From positions 609-64,608 of the forward strand of contig JBMFQU010000001.1 of NCBI GenBank assembly GCA_049968435.1: a DNA stretch of 64,000 nucleotides, read 5' to 3'. The stretch is from Brevinematia bacterium (GTDB lineage Bacteria > Spirochaetota > Brevinematia > DTOW01). The number at the start of each line of letters is the position of its first letter. Positions within the stretch are counted from its first letter, which is position 1. A program made the translations under genes and the position numbers. The notes under the pieces are model-generated. The model saw nothing but the letters and a program-made list of their open reading frames with translations. It was not told the origin of the DNA and did no database searches. This document shows, in pieces, positions 47,868 to 62,130 of this stretch.

Positions 47868-48518
47868 TTAGGTCACATTGTAAGTACTTTCCCCATGCTG
47901 AGATTCATCAAGTCCTGTTATTTCATCATCATGTTTTACTCTAAGCCCTACAAATATCTTAATGATAAGAAGTATTAGTAGAGTAACTATAGCATCGTAA
48001 ATTATTACAACACTAACAGCAAAAGGTTGAATAATTAACTGAATAGGATTTTCATAAATTAGCCCTCTACCTAATTCGTTTACTGATGGATCAGCAAAAA
48101 CATCCGTTAGTATAGCACCAAGAATACCGGCAATACCGTGTATACCAAAAACATCAAGAGCATCATCATAACCTAACCTTCTTTTTACTATTGCAACCAT
48201 AAAGTACGGGATAATACCTGCAATTAAACCTATTATTAAAGCACCTACTACATTGACAAAACCTGCAGCAGGTGTTATAGCAACAAGTCCAGCCACCGCA
48301 CCAGAAGCAAGGCCTAGGACAGTAGGCTTTTTAGTGTAAACCCATTCAGTAAACATCCAAGATAAAGCTGCAACAGCCGATGCAGTATTTGTATTTAGAA
48401 AAGCGGCAGATGCAAGCGAGTCTGAAGCTACAACAGAACCAGCATTAAAGCCAAACCATCCAAACCACAATAACCCCGTACCTATGACAACCATAGGAAG
48501 GTTGCTGGGAATAAGCAT
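47868..48518 (-). pseudogene. Ammonium transporter (Amt) C-terminal half only (TM6-11). The N-terminal about 190 aa are absent.
   Basis: It begins at the mid-protein 'GTGLLWFGWFGFNAGS' signature. There is no upstream ORF in about 300 bp. Its start is fused to a REP-like motif at 48511-48540. Confidence 0.55.
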
Positions 48519-48814
48519 CGCCTCCTATAGATTACTACCTTTTATTTCCATGATTTAATCAATATCACTATAAGAAATTTACCAAAAAACCAACAATACT
48601 TTTGCTTATTTTTTAGATAAAAATCTTTAACTTATGCTTAAAATTAAGACAATTAAAATCGATTTAGCTTTTGGTTATTGCAAATTCTAAAATTAAAAGC
48701 TAGAATGTTATTAAATATTTTTCAGAATTACCACTCTAACTTTAGAAAGTTAATTAATTTCCTTGTAGGAAAGACTTATAGAATAATAGTGATATCTTAT
48801 TTTAATTAGGAGCT

Positions 48815-50008
48815 TCAATATACTTTTTTCTTAGAAAGCAAAACTTTCTCAGTATCAACTGCAATAGCAAGTTCCTCGTTGGTAGGCATAACAACAACTT
48901 TTATTTTAGAAGATGGTTTAGAAATAATACCCTCAATTCCTCTTATTGTCTTTTCATTAGCTTCGTCATCTATTTGAATACCAATATCCTCGAGCCCTTC
49001 TAAAGATTTTTTTCTAACAAGTGGAGAATTTTCACCAACCCCTGCAGTAAAAACAATAGCATCAACCTTACCAAGTTCAAAAAAATAAGCACCAATGTAT
49101 TTTCTTATTCTATTACAATACATTTCCATAGCCAAAATTGCTTTTTCATTTCCTCTGAAATACTCATCTTCAATAATTCTCATATCATTTGAAATACCAG
49201 TTATACCCAAAACTCCGCTTTCTTTGTTCAGTATTCTATCCATTTCAGAAGTTGAAATCCCTTCTTTATCCATTATATAAAGAGGTACACTAGGATCAAT
49301 ATCACCTGTTCTAGTACCCATTATAAGACCTTCAAGAGGAGTAAAACCCATAGAAGTATCATAAGATTTACCTTCTCTAACAGCAGTTATACTAGCTCCA
49401 TTACCTAAATGGCAAGTTATCATATTAGAAGAGTTTATATCCAAACCAAGAAATTCAGCAGTTTTATAAGCAACATATCTATGAGAAGTACCATGAAAAC
49501 CATACTTTCTGATTCTATAAATATCGTAGTACTTATAAGGAAGAGCATAAAGGTAGTTATGCTGAGGTATAGTTTGATGAAAAGCAGTATCAAAAACAGC
49601 CACTTGAGGTAAATTAGGCAGAACTTCCCTACAAGCAAGAATACCCGCAAGAGCAGGTGGATTGTGTAAAGGTGCGATTTTTGAAAACTCCCTTATATAC
49701 TCTATAACCTCATTATCAATTAAAACGCTCTCAAAAAATTTGTATCCCCCGTGAACAACTCTATGCCCAATAGCATCAATCTCAAAGTTGTTGTCTTTTA
49801 CTACCCTTACTACTATGGCAATAGCATCCTTATGATCTCTAGCAATTACATCTTCTTTAACTTTATTTCCATTTAGAGTATAACTATGCGTTGCACCGAT
49901 ATTACCTACTCTATCAACTAAACCCTTTACTATCACACTATTACCAGAAGTATCGATAAGTTGATATTTTACAGATGAGCTACCTGAATTTACTACAAGT
50001 ACATTCAT
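48815..50008 (-). CDS. ackA: Acetate kinase
   Basis: 'VLVVNSGSSSVKYQL' N-terminus and ASKHA-fold motifs. Confidence 0.9.
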   Translation of the reverse strand: MNVLVVNSGSSSVKYQLIDTSGNSVIVKGLVDRVGNIGATHSYTLNGNKVKEDVIARDHKDAIAIVVRVVKDNNFEIDAIGHRVVHGGYKFFESVLIDNEVIEYIREFSKIAPLHNPPALAGILACREVLPNLPQVAVFDTAFHQTIPQHNYLYALPYKYYDIYRIRKYGFHGTSHRYVAYKTAEFLGLDINSSNMITCHLGNGASITAVREGKSYDTSMGFTPLEGLIMGTRTGDIDPSVPLYIMDKEGISTSEMDRILNKESGVLGITGISNDMRIIEDEYFRGNEKAILAMEMYCNRIRKYIGAYFFELGKVDAIVFTAGVGENSPLVRKKSLEGLEDIGIQIDDEANEKTIRGIEGIISKPSSKIKVVVMPTNEELAIAVDTEKVLLSKKKVY

Positions 50009-50027
50009 ACATAGATTTTAATAAAGT

Positions 50028-50663
50028 TTACCATCCTTTTTCAATAATCACTTCCAACCATTCTCTAACTTCACCAAACATAAAACTCTCACCATGCCCA
50101 GGGAAACAAACAACATCATCAGGTAATATATCTTTCAATCTTTTCAAAGATTCCAATAAATCATTTTGATCACCACCAGGTAAATCTGTTCTTCCATATG
50201 AGAATTTAAAAAGTGTATCTCCTGTAAAAGCAACCTTACTCTTAGGAAAATAAAAGCAACTAGAACCAGGAGTATGTCCCGGTGTATGAATACACAAAAA
50301 TTCTTCATCACCTAGTGATAATTTACTACCATCCTGAAAAATAATATTAGGTTCAATAGATCTAAAATCAATACCCAAGATATAGGAAGATAAATTTCTA
50401 ATAGGATCAATAATCATATCAGCATCAAGTTTATTTATTCCTAACTTGGCGGAAGTTTCTTTAATGACTAAATTGTTACCTAAAATATGATCAAAATGCC
50501 CGTGAGTATTTATAACATATTCTAGATTTAAATCTTTACTTCTTAACTTTTTTAGTATTAAATCTGATTCGTAGCCTGGATCAAAAATTATTCCCCCGTA
50601 ATCATTCCATACAATATAAGAATTTGTAAAAAACTCACCTAAAACCAATACTTCTACTTCCAT
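50028..50663 (-). CDS. MBL-fold metallo-hydrolase (glyoxalase II-like)
   Basis: 'THGHFDH' metal-binding motif. Confidence 0.65.
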   Translation of the reverse strand: MEVEVLVLGEFFTNSYIVWNDYGGIIFDPGYESDLILKKLRSKDLNLEYVINTHGHFDHILGNNLVIKETSAKLGINKLDADMIIDPIRNLSSYILGIDFRSIEPNIIFQDGSKLSLGDEEFLCIHTPGHTPGSSCFYFPKSKVAFTGDTLFKFSYGRTDLPGGDQNDLLESLKRLKDILPDDVVCFPGHGESFMFGEVREWLEVIIEKGW

Positions 50664-50815
50664 ATAAATTATTTTAAAAGTTAACTAAAAGTACTTGAAA
50701 AACTATTTTTAATTCTTCTCATCTAAAGTGAATAGTTTTAGCATCCTATTGGTACAATATTATCAATCCTAAATCACGAATTAGAACGATTATACTTTTC
50801 AAAAGTTTTTAATAT

Positions 50816-51883
50816 TTATCTACTTAATATCAGATCCCAGCGATAAAAAACAACTCTATTATCAGGTAAGTCTACAAAAGAAGCAAAGAGATCTCCAGAT
50901 TTTGTAACTTTAAATCCTCGAATAAGATTTGGGTATTCAAAGTTCAGATAAAGTTCTCGAGAAATTTTAAAACTTGATTGAAAAGGATCAAAAAATATAA
51001 CAACAGGAAATTTGTTCTTATAAGAAGCAGCAGCAACCATATTGTTTTTCAAAACAGAGAGCAACTGAAAATTTTCTGAAGAAGTAATAACATCAAATTT
51101 TCTTTCAACTTGTTTTGAACCTATATCAAACAAAACAATAGTACTTTTAGGAGAATCCATGGAGTCAAATTTGACCAAAATTTTCTGAACCTTAGCTACA
51201 ATGGAAGAAGTAATATAAAAATTAGTAAGACTCAAAGATAAGGGATCTATTATAAATGATTGGATAAAAATAAAAGATGATGAAAACAAGTCTACTTTTA
51301 ACTTATTATCAACTTGTTGAAAAACATAAAAATTTCCTAAATCATCAAAATCAACATTTATAATGTTGGTGTAAACATCTTTAGAGATTTCAATATCATT
51401 TGATTTATCCAAAGAGCTATATCCAATAGAATAAAGAGTAAAATCATCATTTAAATCTTTTATAAATATAAAAAGGATATTTCCGTTATTGTTTACAACG
51501 AAATCATATAAATAGTTTGTTGAATAATACTTTTTCAACAGAGAAGATTCGGATCTACTTAATTTGATCATTCTTAACTCATTAGATAAAGCATTAGCAC
51601 ATAGAATTGAGGACTGATACGGTGAAAAAATTACATAGAAATAATCATCGAAGAAATTTTTTATCGAAGGATCTAAATTAGAATTAAGAACATCTCGGAA
51701 TGAGTAAAATATGTAATTTGAATTTTGGTCAGAAACTTGTATAACAAACTGATTTTCATTAGATCCTATTCTAAGCTCGGAGTAATAAGATCCCTTAACT
51801 CCTTGATAACAAGAGGATAAAAAGATTAAGAAAGAAAATAGAAGTAGAATAGAAAAGAAAAACTTATTCATTACTTCCTCCAA
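50816..51883 (-). CDS. Hypothetical lipoprotein
   Basis: Lipobox 'LSSC'; 355 aa; no recognised domain. Confidence 0.35.
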   Translation of the reverse strand: MEEVMNKFFFSILLLFSFLIFLSSCYQGVKGSYYSELRIGSNENQFVIQVSDQNSNYIFYSFRDVLNSNLDPSIKNFFDDYFYVIFSPYQSSILCANALSNELRMIKLSRSESSLLKKYYSTNYLYDFVVNNNGNILFIFIKDLNDDFTLYSIGYSSLDKSNDIEISKDVYTNIINVDFDDLGNFYVFQQVDNKLKVDLFSSSFIFIQSFIIDPLSLSLTNFYITSSIVAKVQKILVKFDSMDSPKSTIVLFDIGSKQVERKFDVITSSENFQLLSVLKNNMVAAASYKNKFPVVIFFDPFQSSFKISRELYLNFEYPNLIRGFKVTKSGDLFASFVDLPDNRVVFYRWDLILSR

Positions 51884-51919
51884 TTAAACTAGGCAAAAGG
51901 CAAAAACATAATAAAAAAA

Positions 51920-52038
51920 GCCTGGCGAGTACCTACTTTCCCACCTCGTTGCCAAGGCAGTATCATCGGCGGTACGGGGCTTAACTTCCGGGTTCGGAAT
52001 GGAAACCGGGTGTTTCCCCCGCCCTATGCTCACCAGGC
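51920..52038 (-). rRNA. rrf: 5S rRNA
   Basis: The reverse complement gives the canonical 5S ends and about 119 nt. The segment is GC-rich relative to the flanks. Confidence 0.85.
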
Positions 52039-52089
52039 AAAAAAACATCCATCTGACGATGGATGATGTTTATTAATTTATATTGATGG

Positions 52090-55075
<2,986 letters not shown>

Positions 55076-55131
55076 ACCTTCGCTATGAAAACCATATTAT
55101 GTCTAGAGCAAATTAAGCCTTATAGCTCAAG

Positions 55132-55203
55132 TGGAGGTGAGGGGAATTGAACCCCTGACCTTCTCGGTGCAAGCGAGACGCTCTCCCTCTGAGCTACACC
55201 CCC
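55132..55203 (-). tRNA. tRNA-Ala (TGC) in the 16S-23S spacer
   Basis: Acceptor stem with the G3:U70 identity pair, anticodon loop CTTGCAC, and an encoded CCA. Confidence 0.9.
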
Positions 55204-55220
55204 ACATTAAATAATTAATG

Positions 55221-55294
<74 letters not shown>

Positions 55295-55358
55295 AAAAAG
55301 AAACCTAAAATAAAGACTTAGGAAGATATTTATCTGCCGGACGGGCAAAAGATCACCT

Positions 55359-56858
<1,500 letters not shown>

Positions 56859-57425
56859 TTATAGAGAGTTTATAACTCAAAAATAATTTCTGCACACAAG
56901 ACCCGCCGGCAGATACATATCTTCCTATGTTATAGAGCAACAAAACACCAACAAATTACGTTGGTAACTACTATTATAAAAAAACAATTACATAGTTGCA
57001 AATTAATTTCACTTCTTCAAGAAGAAGTGAAAACCTTCAATATAAAATAGAGCAAAAACCCTTAACTTTCAAAAGGCGAATATAATTATATACAAAATTT
57101 TTCCAATTGTCAAATTCAATAAAAATATCTAAATTCCCAAATCTAAAATTTTTAATCTAAATAATAATTTTCACATACCTTCACTAGAAGGTAGAAATTT
57201 ATTATCTTAATTGAACTAGAAATTTCTTAAGAAAATTCTTCTTGTTTCCCACCCCTCTTTTGATACCTCCCTTTAGTCATCTAAATTAGCCTACATTTCT
57301 TTAAGAAAGTTATTTGCTATTCCTGATAGAAGTTAAGAATTTTAGAAACTTCTTTTTGTTTCTCACCCAACCCGCCCTTAAGCATTTGCAGGAGAGCTAA
57401 CGCCCTCCTACCTAGTAATACCTCC

Positions 57426-57528
57426 CCTAAGTTCTACAATTAGAGATGTTAAAAAGTTTAGGGAAATAATAGGAGGAAGGAATTTTTAAGGAATTCCTTT
57501 TGCTTTTCGCCTGCTCTTAAGCGTCTAC
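57426..57528 (+). repeat. About 100-bp repeat module, copy 2, about 95% identical to 36594-36695. It contains the same terminator-like hairpin at 57477-57507.
   Basis: Direct alignment. Confidence 0.7.
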
Positions 57529-57545
57529 CGGAGGCTTCGCCTCCT
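57528..57545 (-). repeat. REP-like hairpin 'ccggaggcttcgcctcct', the inverted orientation of the 4087-4103 motif.
   Basis: The reverse complement matches 'aggaggcgaagcctcc'. The neighbouring 57361-57425 and 57640-57665 are inverted copies of modules seen at 10205-10260 and 12944-12965. Confidence 0.55.
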
Positions 57546-57909
57546 ATTAGTACCTCCTATTAGAGAGTTAAAAAGTAAAATTTTTAGTTCTCCTAATAGA
57601 ATTTAGGATTTTTAAGAAACCTCTCTTTGTTTACCACCCACCCTATAGTGCCAAGATCTCCCTTTATCTACTGGACATAGAAGATTCTTTATTCCCAAAT
57701 TCCTAATTCCAAACCACTAATTCCAATAAAGTTAATATCTTCCTATTAGCACATTCTTTCAGCAACAACTTCAAAGTTTTAAATCCTATTAGGAAATCTA
57801 CCTATTACCAAATTCTTAATTCCAAGCCTCAAATTGCGATAGATTTAATATTAATAAACTTCTTGAAAAAGAAAATATGTTAGTTAGAAAATAAAAAATG
57901 GAGGCACAA

Positions 57910-59520
57910 ATGAAAAAAATTATACCATTATTAATTACTTTACTAGTAATCAGTATATCTTGTAGCAAAAGTTCTCTAAGAGATGAGAATACGATAATCT
58001 TAACCCTTCCACAAGAACCTCAAACCTTGAACCCTGTTTCATCTTTGGACTTATACTCATCAACAGTAATAAGTTTTATTTACGATTCTTTATTTGAAAT
58101 TGATAAAAACCTAAATTTCATTCCCAAAATAGTAGAATCATTTTCAGTTTCACCAGATTCAAAAACATTTATCTTCAAATTAAAAAAGAATGCAAAATGG
58201 CAAGATGGAACACCAATAACCTCAGATGATATTATCTTCACTTTTTCAATGATAACAAATCCTATATCAAAAGCGTTTAACAAAGTAGCACAGTATAAAG
58301 ATGTAAAAGAAGTAAGCAAAATAGATGATTATACATTTAAAGTTGAGTATAAAACACCTTATGCACCTGCACTAGAAAGTTGGGCTATGACACCAATACC
58401 AAAACACATCTTCGAAAAAGAGGATTTTCAAAACTCAAAATACAATACCTACCCAATAGGTAGCGGACCTTATTTTGTAAAAAAATTCATGCCAGGGCAA
58501 TACATAATCCTTGAAAAAGTAACAAACTACTGGGACAAGGGAAAAGAACCAAAGATAAGTAAAATAGTATTCAAGATAATAAAGGATCCTACTGTTGAGT
58601 TTAATGCATTAAAAGTAGGAGAAACAGATTTAGCAGGAATAAGACCTATTGATTGGGTCTCAAAAACAGAAGAAGAATGGTTTAAGTCCAGGTTTAACAA
58701 ATTCAAATACTATACTTTAAACATATCCCAAATAGCTTTAAACCTAAAAGACGAAATACTTTCAGATAAACAAGTAAGAAAAGCATTGGCACATTCAATA
58801 AACAAAGAAGAAATAAGGGAAAATATATACTATAATTTAGCAGAACCACTTTCGGGTCCATTCCCACCAAACAGTTGGGCTTTTAATCCAAACGTAAAAG
58901 ATTACGAATATTCGTTAGAAAAAGCAAAAGAATATCTTGAAAAAAGCGGTTGGAAAGATATTGATAATGACGGTATTAGGGAGAAAAAACTTAAAATAAC
59001 CAATGCCAAAGGAGAAGAAATTAAAGTTAACAAAAAACTAACACTTGAACTAATAATACCACAAGGTAGTGAAACAGGAATAAAAATTTCAGAAATACTA
59101 AAGGAAGACCTAAAGAAAGTTGGTATAGATCTGAATATAAGAGTATTAGAGTGGTCTCTTGTTACAAAAAGTATTGACAGTAAATCTTTCCAAATGGTTA
59201 TGTTTGGATGGTCATTATCTATTGATCCCGATCCCTACGATATATGGCATTCATCTCAGATAAGATCAGGACTAAATTATGTAAGCTATTCAAATTCTCA
59301 AGTAGATAAACTTTGCGAAGAAGGAAGAAAAATATTCGATAGAGAAAAAAGAAAAAAAATCTATGAACAAATACATAAAATTATAAATGACGACTTACCT
59401 TATTTATTCCTATTTTCAAGAGCATCACTTGTTGGAGCAAGTAAAAGAATAGAAGGTATAGATCCTTCTACCGCAGGAATCTACTGGAACTTCAACAGTT
59501 GGACACTAAAAAAGCCTTAA
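57910..59520 (+). CDS. ABC transporter substrate-binding lipoprotein, family 5 (oligopeptide/dipeptide/nickel type). No permease or ATPase genes are adjacent.
   Basis: Lipobox 'ISCS', SBP_bac_5-like length and conserved W/Y-rich core. A GGAGG lies upstream of the ATG at 57910. Confidence 0.7.
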   Translation: MKKIIPLLITLLVISISCSKSSLRDENTIILTLPQEPQTLNPVSSLDLYSSTVISFIYDSLFEIDKNLNFIPKIVESFSVSPDSKTFIFKLKKNAKWQDGTPITSDDIIFTFSMITNPISKAFNKVAQYKDVKEVSKIDDYTFKVEYKTPYAPALESWAMTPIPKHIFEKEDFQNSKYNTYPIGSGPYFVKKFMPGQYIILEKVTNYWDKGKEPKISKIVFKIIKDPTVEFNALKVGETDLAGIRPIDWVSKTEEEWFKSRFNKFKYYTLNISQIALNLKDEILSDKQVRKALAHSINKEEIRENIYYNLAEPLSGPFPPNSWAFNPNVKDYEYSLEKAKEYLEKSGWKDIDNDGIREKKLKITNAKGEEIKVNKKLTLELIIPQGSETGIKISEILKEDLKKVGIDLNIRVLEWSLVTKSIDSKSFQMVMFGWSLSIDPDPYDIWHSSQIRSGLNYVSYSNSQVDKLCEEGRKIFDREKRKKIYEQIHKIINDDLPYLFLFSRASLVGASKRIEGIDPSTAGIYWNFNSWTLKKP

Positions 59521-59559
59521 ATTTGTAGTTAAATTAATAAATTATCTATAATCAGATTT

Positions 59560-60546
59560 ATGAACATAGGAATAATAGGATCAGGGAGTTGGGGACTTGC
59601 TTTATCTATAGTTTTTTCTGAAAAAAACAATGTAAAACTTTGGATAAGAAGAGAAGAAACATTAAATTACTTAAAAGAACATAGAGAAAGCCCTGATTAC
59701 CTAAAAGGCATAAAACTACCAAAAAACATAATTTTTACTTCCTACTTCGAAGAACTAAAAGATAGAGATGTAATATTTGTTGTAGTACCTTCTAAATACT
59801 TTAGAGAAACAATAAGAAACTTCAAAAAATATATAGAAGAGAAAGTTATAATAAGTTGTACAAAAGGTATAGAAACTGATACTCTTTATTTTCCTACTGA
59901 CATAATCAAAGAGGAAATCAATCCAAAATACTTAGGGGTACTTTCGGGTCCAAGTCATGCTGAAGAGGTAGCCAGAAAATTACCTTGCGCTGTAACACTA
60001 TCAACAAACAGTACCAAAATAACCAAACAAATTCAAAAAGAAATAAGTACCAATTTTTTTAGAGTCTACGAATGGCATGATACAAGAGGAATAGAAATCT
60101 CAGGAGCATACAAAAATGTTATAGCAATATCAGCAGGTATAATTGATGGTCTAAATCTAGGTAATAATGCTAAAGCGTCCCTTATCACAAGAGGATTACA
60201 CGAAATAGTAAAATTGGGCAAAAAAATTGGAGGTAAAACAGAAACTTTCTATGGACTCTCAGGCGTTGGAGATTTAATTGTAACTTGCACTAGTAATTAC
60301 AGCAGAAATAGGAACTTAGGAGAAATGATAGCAAGAGGATATAAAGCAGAAGAAGTTATGAAAAATTCAAAAATGGTTGCTGAAGGATATTATAACGCAA
60401 TATCTGTAAAGAAATTATCTGAGAAATACAGAGTAGAACTACCTATAGCAAACGAAGTATACGAAATAATCTACAATTCTAAAAATCCTATAGAATCCCT
60501 AAAAGATCTAATGAAAAGAGAATTAAAACAAGAATTTTATTTCTAA
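59560..60546 (+). CDS. gpsA: NAD(P)H-dependent glycerol-3-phosphate dehydrogenase
   Basis: 'IGIIGSGSWGLAL' Rossmann motif and GpsA conservation. Confidence 0.85.
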   Translation: MNIGIIGSGSWGLALSIVFSEKNNVKLWIRREETLNYLKEHRESPDYLKGIKLPKNIIFTSYFEELKDRDVIFVVVPSKYFRETIRNFKKYIEEKVIISCTKGIETDTLYFPTDIIKEEINPKYLGVLSGPSHAEEVARKLPCAVTLSTNSTKITKQIQKEISTNFFRVYEWHDTRGIEISGAYKNVIAISAGIIDGLNLGNNAKASLITRGLHEIVKLGKKIGGKTETFYGLSGVGDLIVTCTSNYSRNRNLGEMIARGYKAEEVMKNSKMVAEGYYNAISVKKLSEKYRVELPIANEVYEIIYNSKNPIESLKDLMKRELKQEFYF

Positions 60547-60548
60547 TT

Positions 60549-61430
60549 ATGAAAACGGCATCAGTAAAAGTAAACATAGATAAACTTGAACATATCTTTA
60601 AAGAACTTATTAAAAAATTTAATTATCAGGAACTAGAACCTAAAAATGTTTATGAATACAAAAGGCTTAGAAACGAAAATTCAACTTTAGTAATATACAG
60701 AAGCGGTAAAATAGTTTTAAGGGGCGAAAATATAGAAGAAATTGAAGATTTTTTATTAACATTTTCTAATTTAAAAAATTATGAGGACTATAGTACTCTA
60801 ATAGGTATAGATGAGACTGGGAAAGGTGAACTTTTCGGTCCTATAGTAATATGTGGTGTAAGAATAACAAAAAACCAAAAAAACATAGAGAAAGCAATAT
60901 CTACAATGGATACAAAATCAAATAGATATTCTATAGAAAGATATAAAAACTTATTTGATAAACTCATTGAGCTTGGAGTTATATTTGAAATTGAAGAAAT
61001 ACAACCAATAGAAACATTACCTAGGACTTTAAACAGATTGATGTTTGATAAATGCATAAACATACTTGACAAATTAACCTCCAATTATTCCGATAACGGT
61101 AGAATAGTGATTGATAATTTTGGTATAAACCAAAAAGAAATAGAATTTATTAGTGAAAGGTACAAAAACTATGAAGTAATAATAGAATCTAAAAGTGATG
61201 AAAATTACCTAGAGTGTAAAACAGCCTCTCTACTATCAAGATACCATAGAGAAAAGATCATGGAAGATATAAATAAAAGATATTCTGTAGATGGGATAGA
61301 ACCAGGAAGTGGCAATATAGGCAATCTTCAAACAAAAAAGTGGCTAAAAAAGTGGATAGAACTAGAAGGCACAATACCATATTTCGTAAAAAGATGGGAC
61401 AAAGTTATAAAAAAATTATTAGAGGAATAG
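60549..61430 (+). CDS. rnhC: Ribonuclease HIII-like (N-terminal TBP-like domain plus RNase H fold)
   Basis: 'IGIDETGKGELFGPIV' matches the RNase HIII 'GxDExGxGDxFGP' active-site block. An about 80-aa N-terminal extension is present. Confidence 0.6.
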   Translation: MKTASVKVNIDKLEHIFKELIKKFNYQELEPKNVYEYKRLRNENSTLVIYRSGKIVLRGENIEEIEDFLLTFSNLKNYEDYSTLIGIDETGKGELFGPIVICGVRITKNQKNIEKAISTMDTKSNRYSIERYKNLFDKLIELGVIFEIEEIQPIETLPRTLNRLMFDKCINILDKLTSNYSDNGRIVIDNFGINQKEIEFISERYKNYEVIIESKSDENYLECKTASLLSRYHREKIMEDINKRYSVDGIEPGSGNIGNLQTKKWLKKWIELEGTIPYFVKRWDKVIKKLLEE

Positions 61431-61431
61431 T

Positions 61432-62130
61432 ATGATTAAGTTAATAGCAAATTCCACCTGTCTATGGTGTGGTAGTGAACTAAAATATAGCGAACTAAAG
61501 CATTGTATCTGCTCAGATTGTATCAGCAAAATAGAATACATAGATATAAATAACTCTTGTTTTAAGTGCGGATTACCTAACAGTAAAAATTACTGTAGGT
61601 TTTGCCAAAATCAGGAAATAAAAGTAGAAAGGAATATTTCACTACTTAGGTACGAAGGAATAACAAAAGATATAATTCATTCAATAAAGTTTCATAATGA
61701 CAAAAACAAAATAGATATACTTAAGCTTATTCTAGATAAGATAAATATCAATGATCTTTTTAGCGAAAAAATAGATATAATAATCCCTGTACCGGTTTCC
61801 TTAATCTCTTTTTTGAAGAGAGGTTTCAATTTGGTTGATGAACTATTTAAAGAATTTGCAATAAAAAATAAAATACCTTATATAAAAGTTTTAGGTAAAA
61901 GAATAACTTCAAAAGAACAAAAAAAGCTTTCCAAAGAGGAAAGAATACAACTAGTTAAGAAAAAGTTTTATATAAAGAAAAATATAGATCTCAGTAACAA
62001 AAATATCTTAATAGTAGATGATGTATTTACAACGGGTAGCACTATAAATGCTTGCTATGAGCTAGTAAAAAAACTAGGAGCAAATAAGATTTTTAGTTTA
62101 ACGCTGTGCAGAGCGATTGAAAACATTTAA
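61432..62130 (+). CDS. comFC: ComF-family protein (phosphoribosyltransferase domain with an N-terminal 4-Cys zinc finger)
   Basis: CxxC..CxxC pairs in the N-terminal 60 aa. The 'ILIVDDVFTTGSTI' PRTase motif. Confidence 0.7.
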   Translation: MIKLIANSTCLWCGSELKYSELKHCICSDCISKIEYIDINNSCFKCGLPNSKNYCRFCQNQEIKVERNISLLRYEGITKDIIHSIKFHNDKNKIDILKLILDKININDLFSEKIDIIIPVPVSLISFLKRGFNLVDELFKEFAIKNKIPYIKVLGKRITSKEQKKLSKEERIQLVKKKFYIKKNIDLSNKNILIVDDVFTTGSTINACYELVKKLGANKIFSLTLCRAIENI

